Shown piece after piece: positions 38,991 through 52,824 of a stretch of 64,000 bases of DNA (positions within the stretch are counted from its first letter, which is position 1; each line of letters begins with the position of its first letter). The DNA lies in NCBI GenBank assembly GCA_964016885.1, contig OZ024740.1, positions 305,474,001 to 305,538,000 on the forward strand, given 5' to 3'. The stretch comes from Eledone cirrhosa. Lineage: Eukaryota. Both the position numbers and the translations under genes were made by a program. The notes below the pieces were generated by a model that saw only the letters and a list, made by a program, of their open reading frames with translations, was not told the origin of the DNA and made no database searches.

Positions 38991-40719
38991 AAGCATCAAC
39001 ATTGTATACAATGCTATTTACTTAGAGGGCAAAGCTTTATATTTTGGCAATTGCATGTTGGTTCTTTTGGCAATATTTTAATGATGTCACTCTAGGTAGC
39101 ACTTCACAAGTTCTGCATGAAACTGTAGCTCACATTCATGTTGTTCTTGAACAATTGACAAAATTTGTGGCCATTCCAGAAATATTTTTAGTTTAGAGAG
39201 AAAATCTATTGTAGCCCTGATTTTTACATCAATATTATAAAACTTAACATTTTTTCTTCCAGTATTTTTAATGTAATTGCTACATGTAGTTGGTTAGTAC
39301 TTAATTCTTTCCTGCTATCAGCTGTATGTTAGTGTCCGCTCCTATACATCATCAATCTATTGCTGTCCCCTACAACAATGCCCTCTCATATACATCAACA
39401 ATACCTACTATGCAGAGGATACCAACTTCATCATTGCTTAATCCTCTCTACACTAGTGTCACTCATATGCAACTTATGCACCTCACATCAAACATACACT
39501 ATCAATAGAGATCTCAAAAACAATCCTCAAAAGGTTTGTGTCAATCATGTCTTGTTCAACAACATGAAGACACGATCACTATACATACCAAGAAAAGTAT
39601 ATTGCACTCCCTCTCTCTGTCCCTAACATGAACAACATGTAACTAGAATCCTCAAGGTTGCTAAAACTTTACTAGGGACCTCTCCTCAATGTAGCAAATA
39701 CTGGCCTTCCTCTTTAGGCCCAGAAATTATTACATCCCCAACTACTAATCATAAACAAAGTTCAAATGAGACTTACAATGGGGTAATGGTCTTACATCCA
39801 GGACAGTGCAGCTGCTACACGACACAAACACACAGGACTACATAAAAAAAGGCCATTCAACTGATTGACAAGTTGCTCACCAATACACTTCCCCCTTCTG
39901 ATCAACAGATGTGGTATCTCCTTTCTGTCCCCCTTTTCTTGTACTACTACTACTACTACTACTACAATGGCATCTGCTCTCCAGAGATAACTAGTTTCAT
40001 GTCATTCCCACTCAGGCTCTACATACTTCCAAGTTCTTTTAGCCCTTTAGCATTCACATTATTCTATATATACTCTTGTATTTTTATGGTAAAGGCTTTA
40101 TCCTACACAATATCGAATCTATAAGATTTTGATGTCATTTATTTTGAGAACAATACTTTAACATAAGTATGAGTAGCAAGTTACGACTGGTTTGAACAGA
40201 AAGAGGCGATAGAATTCTGACCGGATTTGGCTGGTTTAAATGCTAAAGGGCTTTAAGTTCTTAAAATATTATGGTGCTCTCCACCCTCCACATATGTCTG
40301 CAATATGCCTGGTACTATCAATACATTTCATTTCAAAACAATGGTGCTCTTTTTCCCTTCATGCCCTAAGCATATGCTAATCTTGCATAATGGATAAACA
40401 GTCCTGCCTTTTCCCTCACCCCTAACCACCATGTCCAGTCCTTACCTCTCCAAAACATCAGTTGTCTGGAATTCCAGACAACTGAACATGTCTTTCCTGC
40501 AGCTATTTCATCCCTAAACAGGTCTTTCCTGCAACTGTTAACTTGCAGCTATTCAAGAGAAACATTAATCACATTGCTTTCATTGAAATCATATAAATCT
40601 CTCCAAGTCTCAAAGACCATCTCCAGGAATTTAAGTCAAGAGAAAAACAAAACTTGCCAACATCTGACAAAGATGAGAAGCAAATATAATTAAAAGAATT
40701 TTGTTGTGATTACTTTTAC

Positions 40720-40827
40720 CTGTGGTTTCTTTGTTGCAAGTAACCGAGATTGATGGATTATGTTCATTCTGTCTTGTGGAGTCATTTCGAAGAAAATGTC
40801 GTATATATCTAGGCGTGCAGCATCCAG
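40720..40827 (-). CDS. CCP110: CCP110 exon 9
   Basis: Encodes LDAARLDIYDIFFEMTPQDRMNIIHQSRLLATKKPQ, resembling CP110 LRAALYGIHDIFF..ERMSIL. Confidence 0.92.
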
Positions 40828-41847
40828 CTACAAAAGAACGGAAATTAGTATTTGCTTTTTAAAGATAAATGTTGATTAGAAATTAACAAAAGACACACAT
40901 ATATATACATATAAAACCAGCTACAATACAACTTTCTAGAAACCAAACACTACCATCTTTTAAAAAAAAAAATGACACATTGAAATAGAATAGTCCTATA
41001 TAGACCGTGTCAAAATAAAGATGGGATGGCTATGGCTGGAAGACTTCTGATTATAAGTTTAATTGATTAGGAACTGATCACCAGTTAAACAATAAGAAGC
41101 AACCAGAACTAAGTAACATTTGCTCACCGATTCTGCCTGTAATCAGAATGTCCCAAAACAAAATATCTGTGAATGAGATCTGGTCATTTTATCTTATTCC
41201 TAATCCACAGATTTACACCATTTTTAATTCAGCTTTACATAATACTTGTTTCACAATTTTACCCCATTCCCATATAAAGCTGTTCTTGTTTAGTTCCAAG
41301 TTAGTGTAATGAAGCAGCCTTGTGTGCAAAGACGTTCTAGCTATGATCATCTTATTTGTCTATCTAGGACTATACTGTCCAATATGTTTTTCATTTTGAT
41401 GATGGTACAGTGTGATTTGGAGCAAATTTGGCTTCTATTTCTGGCAAGTTGAGTAGTCACTGACACAATGGCTAGCAGGCATACATGCAAGAGTCAAGCC
41501 TTACTGGAAAAAATAAAAACAAACAAATTAAAGGAAGATAGATGAGGCAATCATCATCATCATTGTCGTTTTAATGCCCACTTTCAAGGGTTAGACAGGT
41601 CGACATAAACCAAGTCAGTACTGAAGAGGAGCCTCTGATCTCCTGAGCAGGCCAGGGACCTGTGCGCTTATGTACAATCTCATGTTCCATCGACTGCTCA
41701 GGAGAGGTTGTCATGTCTTTGACACAACCGTGGGTCCTCCGGACCCTTTGAAAATATAGCAATAGTAGAACAAGGAAAGTTACAAAAAAGGATAAACAAA
41801 AAAAAGTAGATATGGTAGGAAGAGTGAGAGAAGTAAAAGGAAGGATG

Positions 41848-42935
41848 AGGTAGTAGTAGTGGTGGTGGTGGTGGTGCTAGTAGCGGTGGTGGTGGTGGTG
41901 GTGGTGCTGGTAGCGGTGGTGGTGGTGGTGGTGGTGCTGGTAGCGGTGGTGGTGGTGCTAGTGCTAGTAGTGGTGGTGGTGCTAGTAGCGGTGGTGGTGG
42001 TGCTAGTGCTAGTAGCGGTGGTGGTGCTAGTAGTGGTGGTGGTGCTAGTAGTGGTGGTGGTGCTAGTAGTGGTGGTGGTGCTAGTAGTGGTGGTGGTGCT
42101 AGTAGTGGTGGTGGTGCTAGTAGTGGTGGTGGTGCTAGTAGTGGTGGTGGTGCTAGTAGTGGTGGTGGTGCTAGTAGTGGTGGTGGTGCTAGTAGTGGTG
42201 GTGTGCTAGTAGTGGTGGTGTGCTAGTAGTGGTGGTGGTGGTGCTAGTAGTGGTGGTGATAGTGGTAGCAGCAGTAGTAGTAGCGGTGGTGCTAGTAGCG
42301 GTGGTGGTGGTGCTGGTGCTAGTAGCGGTGGTGGTGGTGCTGGTGCTAGTAGCGGTGGTGGTGGTGCTGGTGCTAGTAGCGGTGGTGGTGGTGCTGGTGC
42401 TAGTAGCGGTGGTGGTGCTGGTGCTAGTAGCGGTGGTGGTAGTGGTGCTAGTAGCGGTGGTGGTGCTGGTGCTAGTAGCAGTGGTGGTAGTGGTGCTAGT
42501 AGCGGTGGTGGTAGTGGTGCTAGTAGCAGTGGTGGTGCTGGTGCTAGTAGCAGTGGTGGTAGTGGTGCTAGTAGCAGTGGTGGTAGTGGTGCTAGTAGCG
42601 GTGGTGGTGGTGCTAGTAGTGGTGGTGGTGGTGCTAGTAGTGGTGGTGGTGGTGCTAGTAGTGGTGGTGGTGGTGCTAGTAGTGGTGGTGGTGGTGCTAG
42701 TAGTGGTGGTGGTGGTGCTAGTAGTGGTGGTGGTGGTGCTAGTAGTGGTGGTGGTGGTGCTAGTAGTGGTGGTGGTGGTGCTAGTAGTGGTGGTGGTGGT
42801 GCTAGTAGTGGTGGTGGTGGTGGTGCTAGTAGTGGTGGTGGTGGTGCTAGTAGTGGTGGTGGTGGTGCTAGTAGTGGTGGTGGTGGTGCTAGTAGTGGTG
42901 GTGATAGTGGTAGCAGCAGCAGTAGTAGTAGCAGT
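41848..42935 (+). repeat. 1.1-kb compound (GTG/CTA/GTA)n trinucleotide-based tandem repeat
   Basis: Blocks of 18-, 27- and 21-bp units; source of the poly-Val ORFs. Confidence 0.97.
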
Positions 42936-42983
42936 AAAAAGAAATCAGAAAGGAAGTGAAAAAGAAAAAAGGAATGTACTAAC

Positions 42984-43055
42984 TTGGTTATTTAATCTCG
43001 TTACCAAGTCTAAATTGGAAGTGTCGATGGTTTCTTCAAGCAGCTTTACACATTC
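42984..43055 (-). CDS. CCP110: CCP110 exon 8
   Basis: Encodes ECVKLLEETIDTSNLDLVTRLNNQ; TTTAG| and |GTTAGT; 72 nt, phase 0-0. Confidence 0.85.
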
Positions 43056-43745
43056 CTAAACAAATTCAGAAAAAAAAAAACCAAATCATTAATGATCTGG
43101 CATCTGTCTTATAAACACTAACTACAATATATAGAACTGTTTATATGTCTGATTATTTATAATGGGAAAGAAAGAGAGTTTCATGTACTGAATTATTAGT
43201 TGAGAGGTTAGCACCACTGCACTATCTAAGTAACCAAGGTACTTCATTCTCAAATAGATCATTTTACTATACTGTAAATATTACTCTACATTTTACTATA
43301 CAGAGATATAAGTAGTGGTGGCAGTGTACAAGTGATAGTTTTCTTTTTAATTTCTTTTTATTACTTAGTCAAGAAGACTATGCCAACAGCAGTCCATCAT
43401 TGAAAACCAAATCAAGCAACGTAGGCTGCTGTGGTTTGGCCATGTCTGCCAGGTGAGCACTGGAGAATACAGCACAGTGCACCGAACATATGGGTGAAAC
43501 AAATCGAAGATGACCTGAAATTGCAGCGCCTCGACCATGCTACGGTCAATGCCATGGATAGAAAAGCGTGGAAGAGCATCATCATTGGAGTCCACTATCC
43601 AGTGGCACCCACAACAGTGTATTGATTGAGAGGAAAGCCTCCCCCAATTGCCAGCTAGTGATCGAAGAAGACGTCAGGAGAAAGGGCAATATCCATGACT
43701 CTTTTCAGGGCCTGCAAGATTAGTGGGAAGGAGTTTGGCGCTACA

Positions 43746-44158
43746 CAGTAATAGAGAAGACCCGCCTTACCTAAGTGCAAAGTGAAACCTACTACAGTCA
43801 GTAGGCACCTCTAACAAAATACACCCTCGTCCCATCCACACCACCCCTTTCAATGTAAAGTTATGTTGGTACCACAACATCCAGCCCGAAACAAATGAGG
43901 TCGTGTTGGTGTCACGACAAAAAAACACACAGTCCACGCTGTAATGTGGCCGTGTAGGTAACACGGTAAAAACCTCCCAGTTCCACACTGTAAATGTGGT
44001 TGGTGTTAGGAAGGGCATCCAGCCGTAGAAAACCCGCCAGACAGTCCTATGCGAGCAAGACAACCACTCTTGCCTCAAGTGGGAAAACTCCCGTCCAAAC
44101 CCATGCAAGCGTGGAATATGGACGTTAAACGATGATGATGAGATGATGATGATGATGA
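43746..44158 (+). mobile_element. Non-autonomous RTE-tailed element, young subfamily (copy 2)
   Basis: Near-identical to 12537-12930. Confidence 0.85.
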
Positions 44159-44621
44159 GTGAAAGGAACAACAGATCCAAATACTTGCATCTCTGCTAAG
44201 GTATGCAAAAGTGTCAGGTGAGGGTGTTAAAATGGGCAACAGATTAGGTGTACCATCCAAGAATATCATGGTAAGGCTTCAACTTAGACCACAGAGAGAG
44301 AAAAAAATACTGCAAAGCATCTTGAGGCTCTAATGATCCTACCAGCCCACCAGTCCTTAAAATGGTTGATTTTTCTTTCACTCTTCTGGGGTCAGTAAAG
44401 AACCATCATCATTTGAACTTAAACTGCATGACGAGTTCAACCCCTCCCACAGTAAATGGGTTTGATCTCAGTGATCTTATTTAGAAATCAACAGGACTGA
44501 GAAACTGATAATTCATTGAAAGACATGTCTGGTTATGAAAAGTTAAAATAATGTGATCATTTAACAATGGTATACAAGATGATAGACTTATTTTAGTAAA
44601 TCAAATCAAAATTTTACTTAC

Positions 44622-44726
44622 ATCAATAGTTTTCCTCAAAGACTCTACTTTAGGACAGGACAAAAGTTTTCTAGTGAGATAACCCTTTACAGCAGCAGTG
44701 ATTACACAGGCAGGATTTTGCTTAGT
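44622..44726 (-). CDS. CCP110: CCP110 exon 7 (IQ-like calmodulin-binding region)
   Basis: Encodes TKQNPACVITAAVKGYLTRKLLSCPKVESLRKTID, resembling CP110 TALAKGFLTRRL. Confidence 0.93.
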
Positions 44727-46813
44727 CTACATAGAAACAGGTTTCATAAATTGATGATTATTAATTAAAAATTTGTCATATACAGAAGGCCACACATTTT
44801 GGAGGAGACTTCTAGTTGATTAAATTGACCCTAGCAATCAATCCATTTTACTGACTCCAGAAAGATCAAGTCAACTGGCACTTTACAAATCCACCACTCT
44901 TTTGATGATAAAAATAGTATTTATGATTTGTCATATTGGCTGAAGTCTGAAATTTAACTCTATTAAAATTACGCCCAGCACTGATACTTTATTAGCCCTG
45001 GTAAGATGAAAGGTAAAGTTAAACTAAGCAGGATTTGAAATCAGAATGCAAAGAATCAGATTTTATTTTATGAAGTAATTAGCGGAAACAGGCCTTAGAA
45101 TCACTGAACATTGTAGGTTTTCCCATGCTTAGAAAATCCAGAGGTCAGTGTTTGCAGAGAAAAATGAGCTTAGAGGGAATTATGGATACAATTAGGAGAC
45201 AAAATGATTGGGTAATATGTTGAGTGCTGGGTCAGAGGGTGATAGAACACAGGAATGAATAAAACGAGCATTTTGAAGCTATTCCTCCTGCTAAAACAGG
45301 GGTTACTCATGTGGGCCCCATGACAAGCTTCTTCACTTTGCCTTATCTGCACGCCCCCTCACTAACTCACTGGCTCTCATTTCCTTCATTTTTAGCCATA
45401 TCTTTCTTGGTCTTCCGCTTCCTCCTCTACTTTCCACATTCATTTCTACCCCACCTCTCACCCAGTCAATGTCAATTACATGACATGTATAAACCATCTC
45501 ATTCAAAAAGGACCCCATGGTAAGTATAATATATGGATGAATGGAATGAGCATAAAAAGTATCACTGGGGATATGCAGCTTGCAGATTCAAAAGAGCAGT
45601 GGCTGTTCAGTAGCAGTGGGGGAGAGAGAAAAAACTACAGCTGTGAGCCAGTCATTGCAACATGTTTGTGAGTCTTTGCCAATTTGCTTGACTTTCTTTT
45701 GGTGTCATACCATGTTTTATTGTTTGTGATAGAGAAATAACCCTGAGTATATAAAATGAATATAAAGTAACAGCTAAGATTTTCAAGTAAATGATATAAG
45801 CACCAATTTGTATCTCTGTTTATCATTTACATTAAAATCTTAGAAGTTAATATATAATTTTTTTCATAAAACCATTAAAGTGGAGGAAAAGACTGTCCAA
45901 CTCAGGAAAGCAAAGAAAAGTGGATGCAAAATGGTGCTAGAGAGTACCTCCTAATTTGGGAAGAGAATGTCAGACATTCTAGAGTGTATGGTTAATATGG
46001 TAATCTGCAAAGCATTAGACATATGTATATTTTGATTGTTATCAGAGAGCCTGTTGCCTTTCTCAGCCTCAAATTGCTACTTATCTCAAATATCATCTAT
46101 AATATTCTGCTTGTCACAGTATTGAAGTGTTATGCTACAATAAACAATTGTAACTACAGAAAATTGAAGACAATCAAAATCTTTAAAATAAAAAAAATAC
46201 AACAGACAAAGATCTATAAATTTATGCATCAAAATAGAAATAAGAAAATTCATAAAATGTTGAATTTCTGCAAGTCCTACAGGTTGACATTAAAATCTTA
46301 ATCCTTAACTCACACTACACATCCTAGTTGGCTGTAAAATGAGGTTCTGTTAATGTATGCACAACATGCAGTTGAATTAAACAATTCTTCCATCTACCTC
46401 TACTGCGGCTTTCTTCCACTGGTAAGAAAGTGCCAGGAAATGTCAGTGGAAGGGAGCCGCAGCAGACATAGACTGAAAAAGACCAGGCAGAAGTGGAGAG
46501 AGCTGACCTCAAATTGCTGAGACACACAGAGGAGATGATAAAGAAACACAACGAGTGGAGAGATGGTGTGCTGAAAAGGACCCATGAGAGTGTGGAAAAA
46601 CAGATTTAAAAACGATGATGATGATGATGATACTTAGGTATTTTAAAGGAATGATCGACTTTCGTCAAATCGGACCGAGGGAACAATGTTGGTCTTTCCA
46701 ATTGCTAATACTATCTATCGGTCGCAACTCCAGGTATATAAGAATAATAAAACTGAAAATTTAATATGTAAAACAAATTAAAATTTATAGATGATTAAAA
46801 TTAAATATTCTAC

Positions 46814-47202
46814 CTTCACAAGTTGATGTGATTTTGTTTGTGAAGGAGTAGAAATTTTCTGGTTATTCAATAGTGTTGGATTACCAATTCCACTGCAAGC
46901 CATATATACATTAGGAATGAGAGTGTCAAATTCAGACGTCCAGTCTTTAGGCCAATGTTGAGATTTCTGCATGCTGTCAAGGGTTCTTTGATATTCCTCT
47001 TCAAACTGTTCTTCATATTCTTTAAATTGTTGTTGCATTTTCACGAATGATTGTCTTTTTTCGCTGAAAAATAACTTCATTTCATCTCCAATCATTTCTT
47101 CCCAATTAAACAACTCATTGCTTGTAAGAACAGCAGACTGGCCTGGTGAATTGGAAGCTGAAGTGATACGAGAGGAAGAGATTTTTCTTTCATATAACAT
47201 AG
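46814..47202 (-). CDS. CCP110: CCP110 exon 6 (coiled-coil)
   Basis: Part of ORF 46778-47230; CAG| and |GTAGAA; phase 1-0. Confidence 0.85.
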
Positions 47203-47437
47203 CTGAAAACACATTTTGTTGACATTTCATAAAAAGGTCTTAATTTAGAATGTCAAACATTAAAACTTTTTAATATTCTGTAATGATTTAACAGAAAATA
47301 TGTAAGTGGACAGACCACTGTGAAATTTTTTAAATTAACTAAAGACTAATCTTTAGTTGACCAGACTTCAGGCAATTTAGTATCAAAAGGGTTAAAAAGT
47401 GATGTAGTCTGAAATTATAAAGATAAAACTTATTTAA

Positions 47438-47667
47438 CACTTTAATTACCAACTTGACCAAAACTGGCTTTGGTTCTATGAAATAAAACCACCCATTTTA
47501 AAAGTTTCCAATTTGTATTAATATCTTCCAACATAATTTTATATAATAATCTCTTACATTAAGTTACTACCTTAGTAATGAAATAATAATTTTAGTAAAT
47601 CCCTCAAAATTCTTAATTCATTAATTAAAATAGAGTGTATTTCATTAGAAACGTGGTCATGAAATGG
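47438..47667. mobile_element. TTAA-flanked MITE (family 1)
   Basis: Homologous to 37907-38129; lies just inside the intron after the exon 5 donor. Confidence 0.75.
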
Positions 47668-47679
47668 TTAAACACTTAC

Positions 47680-48400
47680 AGTGAATGCTGTCTTTGAATG
47701 TTAAAGCTTCTAAACCATTTTGTGGATGATATGAAGTGGAAGAATTATTAAAGTTGCATTTGTCTTTATTCATAATTCGGGATCTTTTTCTAGAAGCATT
47801 TAATGTGCTACAATCACCATGGCCAGAAGCTGCTGATGCTGGAGAAGTTTCCAAAATAGACATTCTAGATATTTTCTCTTTTGTAACAGGTGAAGAATAT
47901 TTAACAGAATTAGTAGTTGGACTTTTAACTTCAATTTTATCTGAAGATTGTTCTGATTTAAAACTGTTCATATCAGTTCTGATAGGTAATGGGCTTATAT
48001 TTTCAGAATTTTTCTTATGCAGTTGTGTTTCAAAATCTTCATAAGTAGGGATTTTATCAGAAACTGAGCAATTGCTGTTACTATCATCATCATTATTATT
48101 TTCATGTGAATAGTGTAATATATGGCTAAAACATTTCCTTAAGTCAACAGAAGGTTCCATCAGAGTATATGATCCTCGGCGATTGACTGGATCAGAGGAA
48201 TACTTACAAACTGAGGTAATATCACTGCTTGAAGTAGTTGACATATTTTCTTCAGGTAGAATTAAATGATTAGCTGTAGAATCTGAAGTAGATACATCTA
48301 ATGAAATAGGGATATCAGTCATGGCAGCAGTTGCAGTGGAGGTCTGTAGAGTTCTTAGGGGAATGAAGTCAGCTTGAATTAACACAGGAGGAGAAAAGAC
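47680..48400 (-). CDS. CCP110: CCP110 exon 5
   Basis: 721-nt open Ser-rich exon, VFSPPVLIQ..FKDSIH; AAG| and |GTAAGT; phase 0-1. Confidence 0.85.
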
Positions 48401-50357
48401 CTTGAAAAAACAATAGAGTAAAGAATGTATATATGTGTGCATGAACAACATAGGTGAATTGAAAGAAAAACTCAGCATAAGAGGAATTGCATGTACTGTT
48501 GGGTCCCAAATTATAGGGTTAATTTGTTTTTTTTTAGAAAAGCGTTTATTTTTCTAGGTTGTCTCCATTCATTAAAAAAAAACAAAACAAAAAAAAAACA
48601 GAATTAGTGGCTTAGTTTACATACTAAGACCCCAACCCATCCTATTTATTTTATAACATATGGGACTTCTTGTAAAGTTTCTTTTTTGTCATGTATGTTC
48701 TTTAATATCTAAAAAAAATTGTCACAAGAATGCCATCACCACTTAAAATTTCCCCGGAGATAGATTAGTAAAATTTAATAAGGAAGAGGAGGGAGGGGGT
48801 TGAGACCTGAGAGGAGTGCATAAAGAACTGTAGAGAAATACCAGTGGCTGGAATCTGTGGAATAGGCAGATACAGGAAGACTTAGGATGAGGTGATGAAG
48901 AGTGACCTTAAGAAACTAAGCCTCACAACTAAGATGACAAATCATCAAGAGTGCTGGTGCTATGCTGTAATGAAGAAAGCCTGGCCACAAGCATACAATA
49001 TGATCTGACCCGTCCATGTGTGCCCCACTTCCACAAGCACTCTCCAGCAGCTATCCTCACCATCTCTGTACCATCTACCCATGTCCCCTCCAATACCCAT
49101 CTAAAGTCCTTAGATATCCTCACTATTGTACCCTAGTGGCAACTACTTCCTGTGCATGCCTTCCACCAACCACTCCTTAGCAGTCTCACCAACAATATTC
49201 CCCACTGCACACTAACGACCCCCCCCCCCACATCCCCTCTTACTATACACTATCAGTCACTCCTTCTCCTTACTCATCGCCCTGCCAAACTTCCACATAC
49301 ACCTATAACTGTGTACTTATCTACTTCCTTTGTTGTCCCCCACCCCCAGCAGAGAGGGCTTTTCAGTTAGGACTACCACTAACAACCCCTCTAGTGATGG
49401 TGTCATGAAAAGGCATCTGGTACACCCCATAAGATGGTTGGCAGCAGCAAGGGCACCCCACTGTACAAACCATGCCTAAAAAGGTTAAGAGGACCCTTCA
49501 GTTGTGTCAATGACACACACCCTATAGTGTGGGTGATCTACACAAAAAACGCACCCAGTACATGATGTAAAATGGTTGGTGATAGGAAGGGCATTCAGCT
49601 GCAGAAAGCTTGCCAAAAATAAGGCTGGGCGAACCCTCCAGTTGTGTCTAAGACATGTGGCTAAAATAAAAAAAAATATAGCAAGATTAATATACAATAG
49701 AGTCTTACAACAAAGATTGATACGCTGTAAAGTTGTGTTGGCATCACAACAAAAAACACCCAGTCCACACTGTAAAGTTGTGTTGGTATCATGACAAAAA
49801 GTATCCAGTCCACACTGTAAATGTGGTTGGCATTAGGAAAGGCATCTAGTCGTAGAAACCAAGCCAGAAACAGTTCTGTATGAGCAAGATACGGTCATCT
49901 GACCCAAATTGCCTCAAACAGGACAACCTGTCTAACCCATGCTAATGTGGAAAAATGGACGCTAAGTGATGATGATGATGATGATACTAATAAATCTTGG
50001 AAATATTCAAGGTAAAAATTGTAGATATAGAGTCAGTTTGAAAGAGTAAATACTTTAAATGTTATAAAATAAGAGAATTGAGAAATTATAGCTCTGATAC
50101 TATGGGCATGTGGTTAAAATGTTTCAGAAAAGAATCACTGGACAGATTTTATGGGCAAAACCAATCGGCAGGAGACCCAGGGGTAGACCCCAAGTAAGGT
50201 GGTTGGATAACTTCCATAAGCTTGGCTGTCTTGCTTAGGGATCCAGCTGGATCAGTTGTTTCTGACAGGACATGCTGGAAGAAGTGTTTGAGGACTGCCT
50301 CCATGACCCTCCCAGGAATAAGTGGGCAAAGAAGAGAAAGAAATATTAAAAAATTAC

Positions 50358-51725
50358 CTTGGTCTTAACTGATTGTTGAGAATATTTTTTATTTACAGCC
50401 CCTATTCTGACTGGGTTGTTTAAATCCTTCAATTCACTGCCGTCACCATCTTTACGTGGAACAAATCCAACTTTGTCAATCCCGAATAAAAGGTCATCAA
50501 GAGAGTCATCACTCATGTGGTCCTTTATTGATAAAACATGTGGGGAAGATGAAGATGATGACATCTTATGATCAATATCCTCAGACTTAGATTCAAGTAA
50601 AGAAGTATCAATAGTAGAGTTGTTTCCCTTACTAAAATTATTTGACACCTCTAAGCATGCTGGTAAAATAGGATTTGTATTCGGATGGTTGAAAATTTGT
50701 TCTTGATTCGAAAGATTTGCTTCCAGAGAATTATTATTATTATTATATGACTGCTTTAATTTGGAAAATTCTCTTAGTTTGGTCTTTGGAGAAACAGAGT
50801 TATTACTAGAGTTAAACTGACAAACATTAGCAACAGGAGATACTTGACTATCGGGTATTATAGGCCGAATTAGCTCATCTTCATTCTCACCAGCTTTGGG
50901 GTCAAGTGTAAATGTTGCATTACCTATCTGTTGCATTTTAATAGGCTTTTGAGGTGATTTCGAAGACATTCCTACCGTTTTAGGTCGTTTCTTAGTAACA
51001 TAGGCAATTAAAGGGGAATTCATGATCCATCCTTGAGCTTTTGTAACATTAGCATTCATCAAATTTGTATGAGGCGGCAATGCATGCAATTCCAAACCAT
51101 TTTCATTTGTGAGGAAAATAGGAGCCTTCAGTATTTGAGATTTATTGTTTGATGAATGGACAGGCGAGTCACTTTTCTTTGATTTGGTATTAGAAAGAAA
51201 TGAACAGATTTCTGGCTTGGTTGAATTTTCCTTATTTTGATCAGAAGAATCACAAATTAAATCAAAGTTCAAATGAGAATGAGCATCACTGAAGTCAGAG
51301 CTGTCAGAACTGCAGTTATCAGGAAAATGTTTAATAAGAGTTGAAAGATCTTTAGTAATCTGTTGCTCACATCTTGAAGTTAAAGGTATGCCATTCATTT
51401 CAGTGGGCAGGGAACATTCTTCTAAAGAACTCAAGTTAGAATGAGAGCTGGTCATCAGTAAACTGTCATAATAATTTAATTTAGATGTAGGTGAAATTAA
51501 ACTGGTTTCGTCTCTGTTTTCCTGAATAGTCACTTCACTTTCTGTAGGGACTAAATCAAATAAAACCTCAGGAACAGGTTTTTCCTCTGCAAATAATGAC
51601 CGTTGACTCTCTGAAGATTTGTTTTGATCAATTATATATTCAGGTATATTGTCCTGAACTGATGCTGTTCTAATTTGGTCCTGAAGAAGATTTGAAGAGT
51701 TCTCAACAACAGGAGAGTTGTTAAT
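50358..51725 (-). CDS. CCP110: CCP110 exon 4 (large disordered central region)
   Basis: 1368-nt open exon, INNSPVVE..QQSVKTK; TTTCAG| and |GTAATT; contains KEN and many S/T-P sites. Confidence 0.9.
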
Positions 51726-52716
51726 CTGAAAATATAATAACTTCATTTATACATTCACATTACAACAAGAAACAAAGAGTTATAGGAAATTATATAATGA
51801 AGTGTGGTCTGTTGCTTCAGTAAAGAGGCAGACTATTGATCGAAAAGTTATACAATATCTATTGGCATTAATTAGAAGGTACTTTGACCAAGTGTTTTTC
51901 TACTTTAGTTCGGGCTGACCAATGTCTTGTGAATGCAATTTGGTAAACAGAACCTGTGCACAAGAATGTTGTGTATATATGTTGTAGTGCACAATAATTA
52001 TTATTATAACTGAAAATAGTTACGTCCCTTAACGATCTGAGTTCAAATCCCGCCGAGGTTGACTTTGCCTTTCATCCTTACGGGGTCGATAAAATAACGT
52101 ACTAGTAATGCACTGGGTAATTTGCTGGCCTTGTGCCAAAAGTAGAAACAATTATAACTGAAAATATGGACAGAACAGTTTAGCTGCTCCAACAATATAC
52201 ACAAATCCACAAATCAAGTTAATGCATACTAGATGTATGCTTCACTATCCTCCTTCCCACTTCCATACACCTTCCACGCCGTAACACCCCACCCTTCTCC
52301 CACACCTTTAAGCCCCCTCCAAGTCCACACTGTAAAGTGCTTGTGTAGGTGTCATGACAAAAAGCACCCAGCACACACTGTAAACGAGATTGACGTTAGG
52401 AAGGGCATCCAGCCAGAGAAACCAAGCAAGAAACAGTTCTATATGAGCAAGACATGGTCAACTGCCTCAAATGGTGCAACCCATCTAACCCATCCAAGCA
52501 TGGAAAATAGACAAATGATAATGATTAATGGAAGACATAACCATTGCAAACCCTTTATAAATGAGAATTATGTGGCCAATGTCCTGTCTGAACATCTCCC
52601 AAAAATATGTGAGAGGAGAGGGAACCAGGTAGAATGTTAGGTCTGAGCCTTGCCAAAAGAAATGAAAATGTAATAAGGGGAAATTCTATTAGAAATATTA
52701 AAAACAATGTACTTAC

Positions 52717-52824
52717 AGAAGCAGAACTATCTGTTGTCCTCTGTTTTGATTGCTTACGTTGTTGCACCCGTTTGATTGCTTCATCTCTGTATCCTCTCAT
52801 TTCTTCTCTTGCAGCTTCATCAAG
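52717..52824 (-). CDS. CCP110: CCP110 exon 3
   Basis: Encodes LDEAAREEMRGYRDEAIKRVQQRKQSKQRTTDSSAS, the N-terminal coiled coil. Confidence 0.9.

Noticed and set aside
41859-43059. Poly-Val ORFs of 116 and 279 aa
   Set aside because: They are translations of a triplet-phased repeat antisense within a CCP110 intron, with GTG starts only.
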